Counted from the stretch's first letter, positions 35,147 through 48,300 are shown. The stretch is DNA of 64,000 bases from Caecitellus pseudoparvulus (GCA_965644315.1 CBFFRQ010000039.1:186001-250000), one strand, 5' to 3'. The notes: a model not told the origin generated them from the sequence alone. Numbers and translations: made by a program.

Positions 35147-38100
35147 ATGGAGGGTGCCCAGGGAAGTCCCCAGTTCAGCGCCATGCACTACGCTGGCGCT
35201 GTGCCCGAGTTTCGCACTGAAACGGGCCATCCTAGCTCAGACTGGGCTGCGAGCCTGCCCCAACTGCCACCCTCGCCAGCTGGCCCCACGCCAGGGAGGA
35301 CTCCCAGGGCCTCACCCCCAAGTGGTGGTCGAGTGGAGTCAGCTGAACAGCTGGCCCCTGTAACACCGGCCGCCGCTGAAGCAAGCGCGCCGGCTGAATC
35401 TGCCCAGGGTGGGCAGAGCAACGGAAACGCAGGCGCAACGCAGGTCCGCAGTGTGGCGGACTTGTTCGCGCCCATGACGCCGCCCCGCATCCCCAGGGGC
35501 CGTGGAACTGACGCACATTCTACACAAGGCTTCCACATGGGCGGTGGTGGCGACTCGGCCCCTCCTTCCCCCAGCACGCCTCGCCTGCCGTCGTCCCTGG
35601 TGCAGGCTGCGGCGGCAGAGGCAGGGCACGAGGTGGTGCGCCTTGTGGCTGGCGGCATGGAGGTGGACCGCACAAATTTTGACAGGTTCAAGGCCCAACA
35701 TGATCCCAGCATGCCCATCGCAGTGAGTGGGCCTGCGCCCTGCAGTGGGCAGTGGCCGCTGCGTATTTCGCGACCAGACACGCTCACCCCGCCTTTCCCC
35801 GCGACTCCGCCTCCCAGGTTGTGTCTTTCCTGGGCGACACCAGCGCTGGCAAGAGCCACACTATCTCAGCTCTCATGGAGCCCCACGAAAGGTGAGCTTC
35901 AATCGCATGAGCGTGTCCGCCCGCGCTGCTTCGAGTCACTTGCGTGCTGCATTCTCCGCCCTCCTCACAGCCGACCTTTCTGCCAACCTGGCTCCAAGCA
36001 GTCAGCCGCCACCACCTTCAATGTGAACTTGTTCCAGTGCAAGAGCCTTGTGCCAGGCATGGTCGTGAACTTCGTGGACTTCGAGGGCGAGAACGGCACT
36101 GCTGCGCCCATCATGGCCAAGGTGCGAGGTGTGAAACGCAGCAAAAGGCAGCGCGTCCTGAGCGAGCGAGCGCAGCGCACACCTGCACCTCGCACATGCC
36201 CACCTTGCAGGCTCGTTCCCTGTCCCCCATGGTGTCCAGTCGTTTCCAGGCTGTGCACGAGCACTTCCCAAAGCTCGCCTACACCACCTCTGACATCGTG
36301 GTGGTCGTGTGCAGGGAGCCCTTTTACAACAGGCGGTACCTGGAGCGGTGTCTGGAGTTCGCCAAGCGTGCCAACGCAGGCGTGACCAATGTGGACCGCC
36401 CAGCCCTGGTGCTGCTGGGGAACAAGCTGCCCGGAGAGGAGGTGGAGGAGGATGTGTCGGTGAGCACGGACCAGTTTTTCGCCGCGTGGGGCGAGGATGC
36501 GCGTGTGCTGGACTCCTATTTCTCCGCAGTCGTGTGCCTGTACGTGCCGCACAAGGCCAACATGTGGCGCCGCGAAGACGGCAGCATCGTGGACGGCGCA
36601 GTGGTGTTTGAGCGCCAAATCCTGAAACTGCGCCACATCCTACAGCAGCTGGCCGTGAAACGCCTCAGGCGTTCCCGTGCGCTCATGGCGGGGGCTGGTG
36701 CCGGCGGAGGGGATGCCCTGGACGATCAGCGCCTCATCACGCAGCAGTCTGGCCTGTGGTACACCCTGCTGCCGTACGTGGTGCAGGAGCTGAACGCGAG
36801 CCGAGGCGTGAACGTGTCTGAACTCATTGACCGGGCGTGGGCGTCAGCGGTGTCTGCCAGCGGGGCCCAGACAGACCGCGACCTGGACGTGTTCATGACC
36901 TTCATCGCACACATGCGCCCGCCGCGGGCCCTCAGCGCCTCAGCGCCGCGCTTTAACGAAGATGTCATCTTGCGTTTCGATGCGCTGCGCAGCCTGGTGC
37001 TGTCCACCACCACGCGCCTGCTGGCAGCTCGCCTGCGCCGCATTGACGCCGGCTTGCTGGTGGAGAGCAAGGTGAAGGCGTATGTGCGGCGCACTGCCTC
37101 GGCGGTGGTGGAGATCTTGGAGGGCCTTGCGCCGTGTGTGGCGGAGCTGGACACGGCCGCGTCCGGGCTAGCGCCCACCTCCCGCCCAGACGAGCCCGTG
37201 CTGTGTCTGGAGGAAGCCAGGGTGCACGGCAAGGGTGCCCATAGGTGCTCACGCCGGGTGTCTCCCAGCGGCACTGCTTCAGTCTGGTCGCGCATTCTCT
37301 CCCGCACGCCGTACAATGCCACGTGGCCGGGTCAGTTCCAGCCCCCACAGCTGCAGTCCTTGACACTGGACGGCGTGGCAGAGGAGGTGTGGGCCGCGGT
37401 GCACATGGACGACGGGGCGTTCCTGGAGGCTCTGCAGCTCTTGCAGACTCAGGGGGCCGCCGGCAGTTCCCGTGTGTCACTTGGCTTCGTGCCGCTGCCT
37501 GGAGCGGATGGGCCGCTGCCCTCCCCGCCGCGCCACGGGCCCAGCTCAGGCATGGTGTCTTCGACGGAGTCCATCGCTTCTGTGCCTGGCGGCAGCAGCC
37601 AGCCCACCACCGGGCAGACTGTGCCCGCCTCGGACGGCGCGCTGGGGGGGGCAACAGGCCCTGCCGTGGCAGGCGTGAGCAGGGACTTCCGAGGCCCCAT
37701 TCGGCCCGATGTGGCACAGCGCCTGAACCTCATGGGGGCGCTGCCCGCATCGCAAGACCTGCCCTACTGCATTGGCTGTGGCTGCAAGGTGTCGGGGGAG
37801 GTGGGTGCCGCGACCACTGTGGCTGGCGACCAACACGTCGGCGGCAGCGACTCGCCCAACGCCCCCACCACGCCCAGCTCATGGCTGGGCTCCATGCTCG
37901 CAGCAGTGGGCCTGCAGTCTGCCGCGCCAGCAGCCTCCACCACCGCAGCGCCCACCCGCGCCGACACTGCCGCCGCCGCAGCGCTGGAGGAGAGCTTGGC
38001 TCAGAGTCTCGCAGAGGATGACGCTGCAGGAGAGGTGGCAGCTGCGCTGCAGACGGACCGCCGCATGGCTGGCAGTGTGTCCTTCGCTGCGGACTTGGAA

Positions 38101-38316
38101 TCGGGGTCCAGCTCCAAAACCAGTGCCGTCACTGCCGACGGCTCGCGTCGGGGTGGCTTGGCGGGCAAGGCGCTGGCAGCCAGCCCCCCTGCTGTGCAGT
38201 ACGTGTGGCTGGGTCTTTGTGGGGTGTGCTGGCATGCTGTGCAGCCTGGCGAAGGCCTTGGCGTGGCAGCCGAGGCGGCGCAGGAGGACTGCGTGGGCGG
38301 CATTGAGGACCGGTGA
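35147..38316 (+). CDS. P-loop GTPase (GBP/atlastin-like DxEG type) with Cys/His motifs, multi-exon
   Basis: A small exon starting at 35818, not visible in the ORF track, encodes VVSFLGDTSAGKSHTI (G1). The next exon encodes AATT (G2) and FVDFEGENG (G3), followed by FPKLAYTTSDIVVVV and LVLLGNK (G4-like). Intron 35723-35817 is GTGAGT..CAG. Confidence 0.75.
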
Positions 38317-38375
38317 CCGCCTCGTGGCGTGGTGCTGTCGAGGAATGCAGTTTCTTCCACGACGCAGGTGCCGCA

Positions 38376-40613
38376 TCACTTCTTGCGCCTGCCGGCCTTA
38401 GTCGGCGACGCAGGGGCTGGAGTGGCCTCCTCCTCGTCCACTGCAGGCAGGGCGTGCAGTGGCAGGAAGCAGGGGGGCAAGGCGCACGTGCCGTGGGGGT
38501 GGAAGGGAGTGGCGTCTCGCACGACCAAGCGCAGATCGCCCTGCGCAGCCTTGGACAGCGCCAGGGCGCCTGCAGGCAGCTGCAGAATGCCGTCGTGCAA
38601 TGGCGGCGAGAGAACGCCTTGGGTATGCGCATCCTGCACTGGGGGCGATCTGGGCTCGCTTGGCACGTCAGCTGGCACGGGAGCTGCAAGCCACGACACA
38701 CTCGCAGCCCGGGCAGCTTCCGCTGTCCCCCGCTGCAGAGCCCTGGCAGCCTCGACCTCAGGCGCCTCAGCTGGCGCCTCGGCCTTGGATGCTTTGCTGC
38801 GTGGGCTGCGTCGCGACTTGGGAGAGGTGGCGGCCTCGGCAGACCGTGCGGCGGAGATGTCTTCTGCCAGCGTCTGCACTTGTGCCTGGAAGGCAGCTTC
38901 AGCAGCCTGAGGGTTCAAGTGGCTGCCACTCTCCAGCCCCTGGGGCCACGAGGAAGCTACCAGCAGCCACTCCGGGCAGTCACACCATTCTGTCTCGCCA
39001 GACTCGCGCGCCTGTGCCGATTGCAGTGAAATGGACAGCAGGCGCCCTTGCTCGCCCAGTGCGAGCTGCTCCCACGCCTGCCACGTCGCGCGGCGCCAGA
39101 CATGAGGCAGACCAGCTGCAAGAGCAACCTCCAACTCCTCAGCTGCAGCTGCTTCGGCCGCTGCCGCCTCTGCCTTCACGGAGAGCGCTTTCTTCTTGCC
39201 TTTGCCCTTCGGCGTGGCTGCAGCAGCCGCTTCCTCCTCAGCCTCGGCAGCGGCCTGCTCTGCTGCCGCCTGTGCTGCAGTTTCAGCTTGTGCTGTTTCG
39301 TAGGCTTCTTTTGCACCTGGGGGTGCATACACAGCCGCCAGGCACAGCCCAGGGAGTGCGTGGCCAGCTCGAATCTGTGGCACAGAGGCGGGCTGTGGCA
39401 CTGCTGCCGCAGTTGCGGTTTCCCAATCGATGCTCGGATCCAACGCCGCTTCCGCACCAGAAGCGCCCTTCTTTCCCTTCTTCTTGGGCGTTTTTGGCGT
39501 TTTCGGCGTCTTAGGAGCGGCAGCGGCGGCTTCTGCAGCTTCTGCAGCAGTGGGAATGGGCGGCAGGTGTGGGCCCCACCCGCCCCGCAGCACAGTGCCC
39601 AGGGCCACAGGCGCGTCGTTAACCCACTCCCCACTGTACACTAGGCCTGCCGATGGCGTGCTGGGGGGGGACCAGGTGGTGCTGGGGCGGAAGGTAGGCA
39701 CTGTCCGATCACCCTCTCTGCCGGTGCTCGCAGCCTCCTCGCCCGAGCCCCCAGATGCTGCCCCAGCAGCAGCGGTGGCAGGTGAACTGGAAGACAATTC
39801 CGATTCAGCACTGGGTGCCGCATGTGGTGCCGCATCGCACCCTTCGGCGCCGGCCTCCGGTGAGTCAGCGTCGGCGCCTTCCTTGCCCTCGGCGAACCCG
39901 GACTCACTGACAGCCACGCCTGACTCAGCGGCTGCAACGCCAGCAGTGGGCACAAGGGGTGCGTCGTCGCAGCCCACCTGCTCAAGCACTGCGTCTGCCG
40001 CGCCCAGAACACCAAAACCGCTGCGCTGGAGTGAATGCAGGTCCCCGGAATACACACTGCCATCTGGGTATCGGATGAGGGCGCCGCCATCCACCTGCCC
40101 ACTGACAAAGGTGGCAGTGATGACGGTGCCATCAGGGCGTGTGATCTCCCCAGGTCCGTGGGCCTTGTGGCGCTGAAACGTCCCAGTATGCTGGGTGCCG
40201 TCGGACGCCACCGAAACGCCACGCCCATGCCACGCGCTGCTGCACCACTCGCCATCGTACCTGCCCCCGTCCGGGTAAACCATGCTTCCTCGGCCGCTCA
40301 ACTCGCCATCCAGGAACTCCCCCGTGTACTCTCGGCCGTCGGGCCACTTGCGGCGTCCCTGCCCCCGCATCTGCCCGGCATCCCACGCTCCTTCATACTC
40401 GCTTCCATCGGGGAGAAGCATGTACCCCTGGCCATGACGTTTGCCATGCTGCCAGGCCCCCCTGTACACGCTCTCTCCTGGACCGTACGTGCACGTGCCT
40501 GCGGGATCGCGGCGCCAGTGCATCCGTTGGGTGCTCCGAAACGCCAACGAAACACAGCCCATCTCACCGTGCCCATGCCGCTTCCCGTCCAGCATGTCGC
40601 CCTCGTACGACAT
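38376..40613 (-). CDS. MORN-repeat protein (MORN1-like); intron 40499-40567
   Basis: At least 7 repeats of YxGxWxxGxxxGxG (YEGDMLDGKRHGHG, YRGAWQHGKRHGQG, YEGAWDAGQMRGQG, YTGEFLDGELSGRG...). Confidence 0.88.
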   Translation of the reverse strand: MSYEGDMLDGKRHGHGEMGCVSLAFRSTQRMHWRRDPAGTCTYGPGESVYRGAWQHGKRHGQGYMLLPDGSEYEGAWDAGQMRGQGRRKWPDGREYTGEFLDGELSGRGSMVYPDGGRYDGEWCSSAWHGRGVSVASDGTQHTGTFQRHKAHGPGEITRPDGTVITATFVSGQVDGGALIRYPDGSVYSGDLHSLQRSGFGVLGAADAVLEQVGCDDAPLVPTAGVAAAESGVAVSESGFAEGKEGADADSPEAGAEGCDAAPHAAPSAESELSSSSPATAAAGAASGGSGEEAASTGREGDRTVPTFRPSTTWSPPSTPSAGLVYSGEWVNDAPVALGTVLRGGWGPHLPPIPTAAEAAEAAAAAPKTPKTPKTPKKKGKKGASGAEAALDPSIDWETATAAAVPQPASVPQIRAGHALPGLCLAAVYAPPGAKEAYETAQAETAAQAAAEQAAAEAEEEAAAAATPKGKGKKKALSVKAEAAAAEAAAAEELEVALAAGLPHVWRRATWQAWEQLALGEQGRLLSISLQSAQARESGETEWCDCPEWLLVASSWPQGLESGSHLNPQAAEAAFQAQVQTLAEDISAARSAEAATSPKSRRSPRSKASKAEAPAEAPEVEAARALQRGTAEAARAASVSWLAAPVPADVPSEPRSPPVQDAHTQGVLSPPLHDGILQLPAGALALSKAAQGDLRLVVRDATPFHPHGTCALPPCFLPLHALPAVDEEEATPAPASPTKAGRRKK

Positions 40614-40843
40614 ACTTCAAAGGTCAGTGGATTTGTGGGGAGCTGGATCCAGACTGCGCCGCTGCAGGCACAGCAATGGATATCTGCAGTGCCCCCTCGT
40701 GCACCAACCTCTGCCTCAGCTGCACTGTCCCACTTGAACGCTCGCTGGTTGAAAGGCCTTGTCAATCTTGGATGCACAACTGCATGGCGCAGCACACTCG
40801 CTGTGCATGGGTGCATTGGTTGTAGCTCGCTGCTTCTGCTGCG

Positions 40844-42240
40844 TCAGTCCCGCATCCACCACATGCCTTCGTCCATGAGCTTGCCGTCCTCCTCGCAGCC
40901 CTTCAGAGCCGTCTCGCACAGGTCCACGGCAGCCTTGATGTCGGCCTCGTCAATGGTGGTGCCCTTCTCCACCACGAAGAAGAACTGCACGGTGATGTTG
41001 ATGGCGCAGTCGGGGTCCCGTTCCCAGTTGCTGCTGGCTGGCATCTCCATGGGTCCAGCTGTCTCGCCGTAGCTGACACGCGCAGCCTTTACGCGGGAGG
41101 GTGGTGCGGCCACCTTTTCCTTGACCTCAAGGCTGCTCATCACCGCGCGTTCGTATTCCTCTTCGCATTCGTCATCGTCCAAGGGAGCACACGCCCCGCA
41201 GGCATCAGCAATGTCGTAGATGTCACCGCCCATGTCGAAGCCAGCGCCTTCCAGCGCATACACCCCACTCGCCAAGATGTCTGGCACCTTTTTCTTCTGC
41301 TTCAGTGGCACCTGCACCGTCATGAGGCGGTTGAAACCCTTGCCCATGGAGCGAATGCCCAGCACGCCTGAGGTGGCCTTGCCTGCAGCTGCCGCAGCTG
41401 CCGCCTCCTCCTCCGTCTCCTTCTGCTCCATGCTCACGCCGTGCTTGGTGCGCAGTGCCTCCAAGTACGTGCAGCTGTACCCAGTGGGGGACTCCTCGTC
41501 CTTCTTGTGCAGGTACTGCGGCACGGAGCCTGGCCCGTCCTGCTGCAGGAAGGTGCCCTGGGTCGTGGCCAGCAGGATGACGTTCTTGGGATCTTCGGCG
41601 CTAAGTGTCTGGTAGTTGCAGGCGGAGTTGTACATGTCAACTGAGCCCTCCTCGTCTGCCGGCAGGAAGACCACTTGGAAGCGAATGCCCACCTTGGCAT
41701 CACGGTCGGCGTCGAAGAGGGACGTGCCGGCAGGCACACCAGCGTAGCTGCCAAAGTCACCCGCCCGTTCCAGGTACTCTTGCAGAGTGATGGGCCGCAG
41801 AGAGTCGGGCGTCTCACCGCCTGCGCTCTCGGGGACATTTCCCACAACCACAGCAACGTCTGAGGCTCGCACGCTCCCGATGCGCTCGTCGAAGTTGTCC
41901 GAGCGCACAACGAGGAAGTTGGAGCCATCCTTGCCCATCAGACAGACGTCGGTGATGTTGCTGCCGAAGGCTGATCCAGCAGCTCTGCACAGTGAAAAAA
42001 GTTGTGCCGCCTGGAGTTGCGGTGTTTGGCGTGTTGGGGCGCGACTGCACCAGCTCACGCACCGGCTGCCGTCGTTCCATGACACGGTCACAGGGGAGTA
42101 GTCTGGGTTGTGGGCCTTGCATACCTGTTTCAAGGAGGCAGAGGCGGTTCAGAGCGCCGTCAGAGCTGGGCTGGCAGGGATGGTGGCCTTACCCCACGCA
42201 GTTGAGCGGCCAGCGTGGCAGCAGCGTCACCAGCAGCCAT
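40844..42240 (-). CDS. Hypothetical protein; introns 42125-42192 and 41985-42062
   Basis: ATG at 42240 (MAAGDAAATLAAQLRG), spliced to VCKAHNPDYSPVTVSWNDGSR|AAGSAFGSNITDV. Globular-looking sequence (VVRSDNFDE, IRFQVVFLP, NYQT...PKN, NRLMTVQVPL, WERDP..INITVQFF). No function recognised. Confidence 0.75.
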
Positions 42241-42392
42241 GGCGAAGAGCTGGCAGTTGCAAGAGAAGTGGGACGTTCCAGAAGCAGTGGAGCAGATCGT
42301 CGTGATGCTAGTGTGGGGTACGAGATGTGGGTGGTGGAGTGTGACCGCACGTGGCAACTGCACAGCTGCGGGTTCGCGCTCCGCCACCACGC

Positions 42393-45300
42393 CTACATCT
42401 GCAGCACGTCATAGCGGTCCTCCTGCACACTGAACAGCACGACGACTGGCGGCAGGCCAGAGGGGCCCGCCAACAGCTCACAAGCCTCCTTCATGGCGTC
42501 TTTCAGCGGCCTACGGTGGCTGGCCACGCCTGGCACGGTGGAGGATGTAACCAGCTTCACCGCCTCCGTCGCATTGCCACCGTGGGCAACAAGCCCCGTG
42601 CCCACCAGGCGCACCAGGGCAAAGGGCAAGTCCATGACAAGCACTGGAATGGGGGCTGATGTGGGAGGCAGGTGGGCCGGCAGGTGACTGGCCCCACGCT
42701 TCTCCCATGCGTGGCGCTTCTTCGCCTTCAACGAGCTGCCGCCCAGCACGGTCACTTCCACGTTCAGCGCACTGGCAGGGCGGCGTGGGGTGCCCACGGC
42801 GCTTGGTGTTGCACTCCCCCCTGCACCTGCCATGGTTGGAGCTGCTGGTGGGGCTGCTGCGGCAGCAGGGGGCAGGTGACTCTGCTCCGCGGCTGTGATG
42901 CTGGTGCCGCTTGCGCACGCCATGAGGGCTTCAGCCAGGTGCACATTGTCCCCTGCTGCCGTGACGATGGCTCCCAGGTGCCCCGACACGGCCCCTGCTC
43001 GCTGCGTCAACCATGCAGTCTCCTGCACTTCCCTCGCAGCGGCCCGGGGCAGAGGCAGGCTGCTCACCAGTGCCTCTGCCACTGTGCGTGGCAGCGCGGA
43101 CAGCTCCACATCCGCCACGTCCACTTGCCCATCCACGCTGCGCACACGCAGGGCCAGGGAGCTGCCCCTGGACCGCACGTGGACGAGAATGCGCTGCCCT
43201 CCCGCGGCTGCCCACTGGTTGGCTTCGTCGAAGGTGAGGGGGGCTGGGTGAAGGTACTCTGCTGTGATGCGTACAGACCACAGGCAGGCTGCGACCGCCG
43301 CTCGAGCAGCCAGCAGGCTCTCGGCCGAAGTCCCCGTGCTCACCACCAGCACGTCACTGGCAGGAGTCACCGCAGCGGGCAGTGTGTGGCCGTGCAGACG
43401 GGCTGGCAGGGATGCACCACTGACCAGCGCCGTGACTTTGTCCAGGGCCATGCGCAGCCCCACCACCACGGGCAGGGGGCAGTTCTTGTCTGTGCGGGGG
43501 TCTCGGAACCGCAGCACGAGGTCATCGTACCGCCCTCCCTTCAGCAACACCTCGTTGCCTGCCCCGGTGCGCGGGGCCACGAGGCCAGCGCGAGCCAAGG
43601 CACCCCGCTCGCCGCCTGCCGTGCGGGAGGATGCAGCATCACTTTCGCCAGCCGCCGAGCCTTTCCCTGAGCGCTTGCTGCTGGTGGAGTTATCCAGCTG
43701 CACGTTGAACAGCAGGGCATGACTGTAGCGACCGAGCTTGTCGCGGGCGCCGACATCCAGGCGAGCCAGCAGGAGTGCACGCCCCACCGCAACGGCTGGG
43801 CTGGCGCCGGACACAGCCGCACGGGAACGCTGCAGGGCGTGCAGTGCCTGAGGCAGCCCGGTAAACGCATCGGAGTCCGACGTGTACAGACAGGCGCTGG
43901 GCCCTGCAGGGTCAGCAACGCTGTGGGAGCGACGGCGGGCGGGCGGTGCGCCTTCCGTGCCGCTGGAGCCTGTGCTGGACAGTCTGTCAGCACTGACTGG
44001 CGGAGGAGGCATGCTCACAGCGCCAGCGGCAGCTGCGAGCAGTGGGCACGGCTGGGCACCCGGCGCTGGCACTGGCAGGCCGGCTGCAGATCGCACCATG
44101 TGTGTGAGCGTGGTCAGAGTAGCTGTCAACTCCGAGATGCCCTGTGCAGCGAGGGCCAGCCCTGCCAGCCGTAGGCGGCAGTCCAGCAGCGCTTCGTTCA
44201 CCTCTGAGGCGGAGCCTGCTCGCCCAGTGGCTGTGCTCACGTACCGTGCGCGCAGCTGCTGCCACTGGCTCTGCACGAAGCTGCGCATCTGGTGCAGAGC
44301 CAGGAACTTGTCGCTGGCCAACATGATGAACGGCCGCAACGCGCTGGCAGACACCTCTGGCAGGCCCAAACCCTTCAAATGCGCCTTGATGTCCCGCCAT
44401 CGCAGCGTGCTCTCAACCAGGGGCACGGTGACGGCCCCACCAGCGCCTGCAGAGGAGCCCTTCGCCTTGCGCCCTGAGCCAGCCCTGCGCTTGTGCGTGT
44501 GTTGCTTTGCAGCCACCTGCATGGTGTGGGCGGCAGCGGAAAAGAGGCGGCACACGGCGTGCCGCAGCTTCAGCGGGACTGCTGCGAAGTCCATTGCGCC
44601 CCGCGCAATCTTCATGTTGCTGATACGGAGGAAGTACTTGCCGACAGCAGGACCAAGTGACTGCATCACTTCTGCGGCGACACAGAGAGTTTCCGCCTCT
44701 GCACTTGCCGCGCCGAGCGCGGCCCGCCCAGGGTCTAGGTCGTCAATTGCACTGAAGATGTCCACGGGCACAGCCTCGGGGGCGGGGGCGAGGTTCCCCA
44801 AGCGCACGCTGCGGGGACCACCGCGCCGGGCGCTGACGACGATGTCAAAGTCTGCCTCTTGCAGTTCCGAGGGCGGGCCTGTGCCACCACTGTTGGCGCT
44901 GGAGTTGTGGTACGTGCGCGAGGACACGTAGCGCTTGAGGTCGGAGACATTGTGCCGGGCGACGTACCGCGCGAACGGCTCAGTGAGGTCGCTGGGCAGG
45001 TGCAGCACCATGCCTTGGCCGTCCAGCACATGCACGCGGCCTTTGTGCGTGTTAGTCTTCCCGACAGAGCCGATGTGTGGCCACAGCACCGGGCCGTGGA
45101 AGCATGTGAAAGCTGCGTCAACTGACGCACTGGGCAGTCCAGGTACTGCACGCTCGCCAGCAGTGCCAGTGTGTACTGACAACGACAGCGCAGCGACGCC
45201 CAGCGGATCTGCAAACAGGGGGGCTGCCCGCTGCTTGAACATTGCCAGTGCTGGTTGCACTTCGGACGGCACGGGTGCCAGCAGTGGAGTGCTGAACGGT

Positions 45301-48300
45301 ACCGCCGAATGCCGCTCAAACGTGCTCACGACACGCCGCACAAGCGCCTCGCGCTGCAAGACGTCTTGGTGCTGCGCAATTGTGGCCAGCAGCGCCTCTT
45401 GGCTGCCCATGGCGCCTTCGCTGGCCTCTCGCAAGTCGTGGTCGTACGCAAAGTCGCTGGCAGCGGCGGTGGGGTTGGTGAACAGCGCGTTCAGCATGCC
45501 AGTCAGCAGCGATGACCGACTGACGACAGCGGCAATGGCTTCATCCAAGTAGCCTTGCTGCACCTCTGACCGCGGCTTGAGCAGGCCCGAACGCAGCACG
45601 TCCTCTGCACTGGGCCGTGCGCGTGGGTCTGGCTGCAGCATCCAGCGAATGACCTCCTCAGCTTTCTCTGGCACGCCAGCGAACAGTGTGTCCAGGTCCA
45701 CGTCACGCAGCAGCCGCGAACGTGCGATCTCATGCGCTGTGCGGGATCTACTGTCTGACGCAGCAGCGGCACCAGCGGGGGCTTTCCCCGCCGCCTTTTC
45801 TTCCTCTCGCAGCGCCCGCAGCTCGTCAAACTGCCGCAGCGCCATGAGCACTTCGCGGCGTTCCCGGCCAGTGGTGAAGGGTGGCTTCCACAGTTCATAG
45901 AAGATCACGCCGAGGGAGAACATGTCCACGCGGGCGTCGTAGCGGTTTCCCGCCTTCAGGCTCTCCGGGGCTCGGTACAGCCCAGAGCCCACGCCTGCTG
46001 TCACTGACAGCTGCCGCTTGGTGGATGGGGTGAGTGCCGCTGATTCCAGTCCCTGCTCTGCTGCCTGTGCGGCGGCGATGGCTTCCGCCTCTGCGGCACT
46101 CACAGCCTCCCCAGCATCGTCCGTTGCCAGGCCAAAGTCGCCCAGCTTCACGTTGCCTTCCGAGTCCAGGAAGATGTTCTCAGGCTTCAGGTCGCGGTGC
46201 ATGACGCCCCGGCCGTGGACGTATGCGAGAGCCGACAAGATCTGCCGCAGCATGCGCCAGTTCTCTGCCGCGATGGGGCCCGCACCAAACAACTCATCGG
46301 CGTCCCCCAGCGAGCCCGTGGTGGAGTCGGCCTTCTGCGAGGCGTCGAAGGCGCCAGCCGCACCCCGGGCCTCCACAACTTGCCGCAGAGTGGCGCCTTT
46401 GCAGAACTCCATCTGAATGTACAGCACCTTGCGCTTGCGCTGCGGTGCGTGGCTGAGCACACCCCGCTCCTCCGGCATGGGGGCCAGGGATGGTTCGTGG
46501 GCGACGCTGCCGACATTGCGGCGCTCGAAGAGGGACGAAAAGGAGAAGGAGTCCCCCACACCATCGGCACCTGGATGGTACCGCCCCAGGGAGGAGGCAC
46601 TGCCCGTCAAGCCTGTGTGCATCTCGGGAAACATGAGCTCGGGGCTGTCGGACCGACGGCGCGTGCCGCCTGCCGTGCGCTCGCCTGAGGACGCCCCTGA
46701 CGTGCGAGAACTCATGCCACTGCTCTCATCCCTGCTTTCACTGTCGCTGTCGCTGTCGCTGCCACTGGAGGCGCTGCCTGAGGAAGTGGACGACATGTCG
46801 GCGCTGTCCAGCCCAATGCCCTGCCCGCCACGCCGCACTGCACCTGGCAGGAAGAGGAAGTCATCCGAGTCTGACGAAGTGTCTGACCCGCTGTCTGTGC
46901 CCTGTGTCGATGCGCTGGAGGTGCCGCTGGTGCTGTCAGAGCTGGTGCTGGGGCGGGGGGCGTGGTCGCCCGCCCCGCCAACATACGGCCCAGACAGGCC
47001 GCCCAAGGCGCCCCCGCTGGATGACACTTCTCTGGCAAGGGCCAGAGTTTGGCGGGGTGCAGGGGCATCGCAGCTGCTTTCGGAGTCGCTGCCACTGCTG
47101 CTGCCGTCATCCTTGTCAGCGGCGTCCTCCAACCAAGCGTTGAAGTAGCGGACAATGTGCGTGTGCTGCATGCGGGCCAGGGTGGTCACCTCGCGCAGCA
47201 CCTTGCGGTTGAGCGCCTCGTCTTGGCGCCGCATCTTGATCTCCTTCACCGCGTACAGCTCGCCATCCAGCCGGTTCCGCACCTTCAGCACCTTGCCAAA
47301 GGCTCCTGAGCCCAGCGGCGCCAGCTCCTCGAAGTCTTGCGCATAGCGAGAGGCGTTGCTGCTCCACGCCATGTCCAGGTCACGCTGGCGCTCCTCCAAC
47401 GTCCGGACATCGCGTGACTCCACCTGGCGCCCATGCCCACCCTGTGCTGGTGCTGGGTTGGGCAGGGCAGCATCGCCCAGGTCTAGGTGTGGGAGGGGGG
47501 GGGCAGGGGCCCCCCTCGCAGCAGGGGACAATGCTGCGAGGCTGGGCGACGGGTGAGGCCCGTGGACGGGTGTGCGCTGCACTGCGACGGACACGTCCGC
47601 GGGCCCAGCATGCTGTGGGCGCGTTTTGGGTGTGCGTTGGGTCGTCGTGCGGAGTTGCCGCTCTCTCGCTACCTGCTGCTCCATGTCAGCGACGAGTGCA
47701 GCATCTTCAGCAGCCTGGCGTGCAGCAGCAGCCGCTGCTGCCTCAGCTGCCTCGGCTGCTGCAGCTTCCCGTCGCTCCTCCATGCGCTGCAGCATGGACG
47801 TCGGCGGCTGCAAGTGGTCCGACAGCTTGTCCTGCAACCGAACGGCTATATCCCACACCATGGGCTCGCCAAGCTTGTGTTCTTTCACCGTCTCGTTGGC
47901 AATAACCTGCAAGTCCTTCTTTGCGTCGTCTGGGATGCCACCAGACTCTACGACCTCCACAGTGGGCCTGCGAGGCAAAGCAAACTGACGTAACGCCGCC
48001 GAAACGCGGGAGCTCAGCTGGACCCACCGTTTGCTAGGGTACTCCACCGGCAGCACAAACTTCACTTTGCAGAACGGGTCTTCCAGCGAAGAATTATCAC
48101 TCCGGATCTTCAGCACGACCTGGAAGGCGTACTGTTTCCACAGCTGTGGAAGGGCAAGCGCGGACAGGAGCTGAGCGCGGCTGGTTCGCGACACCTGTGC
48201 AGCACAGCGTACTTTTGGCAGCACCTCGAATTCTTCAGGCTCAAACATGCACTGCAAGGCCTCTAACTCTTCCTTCTGAAGGTCCTCCGCACTCTGGGAG

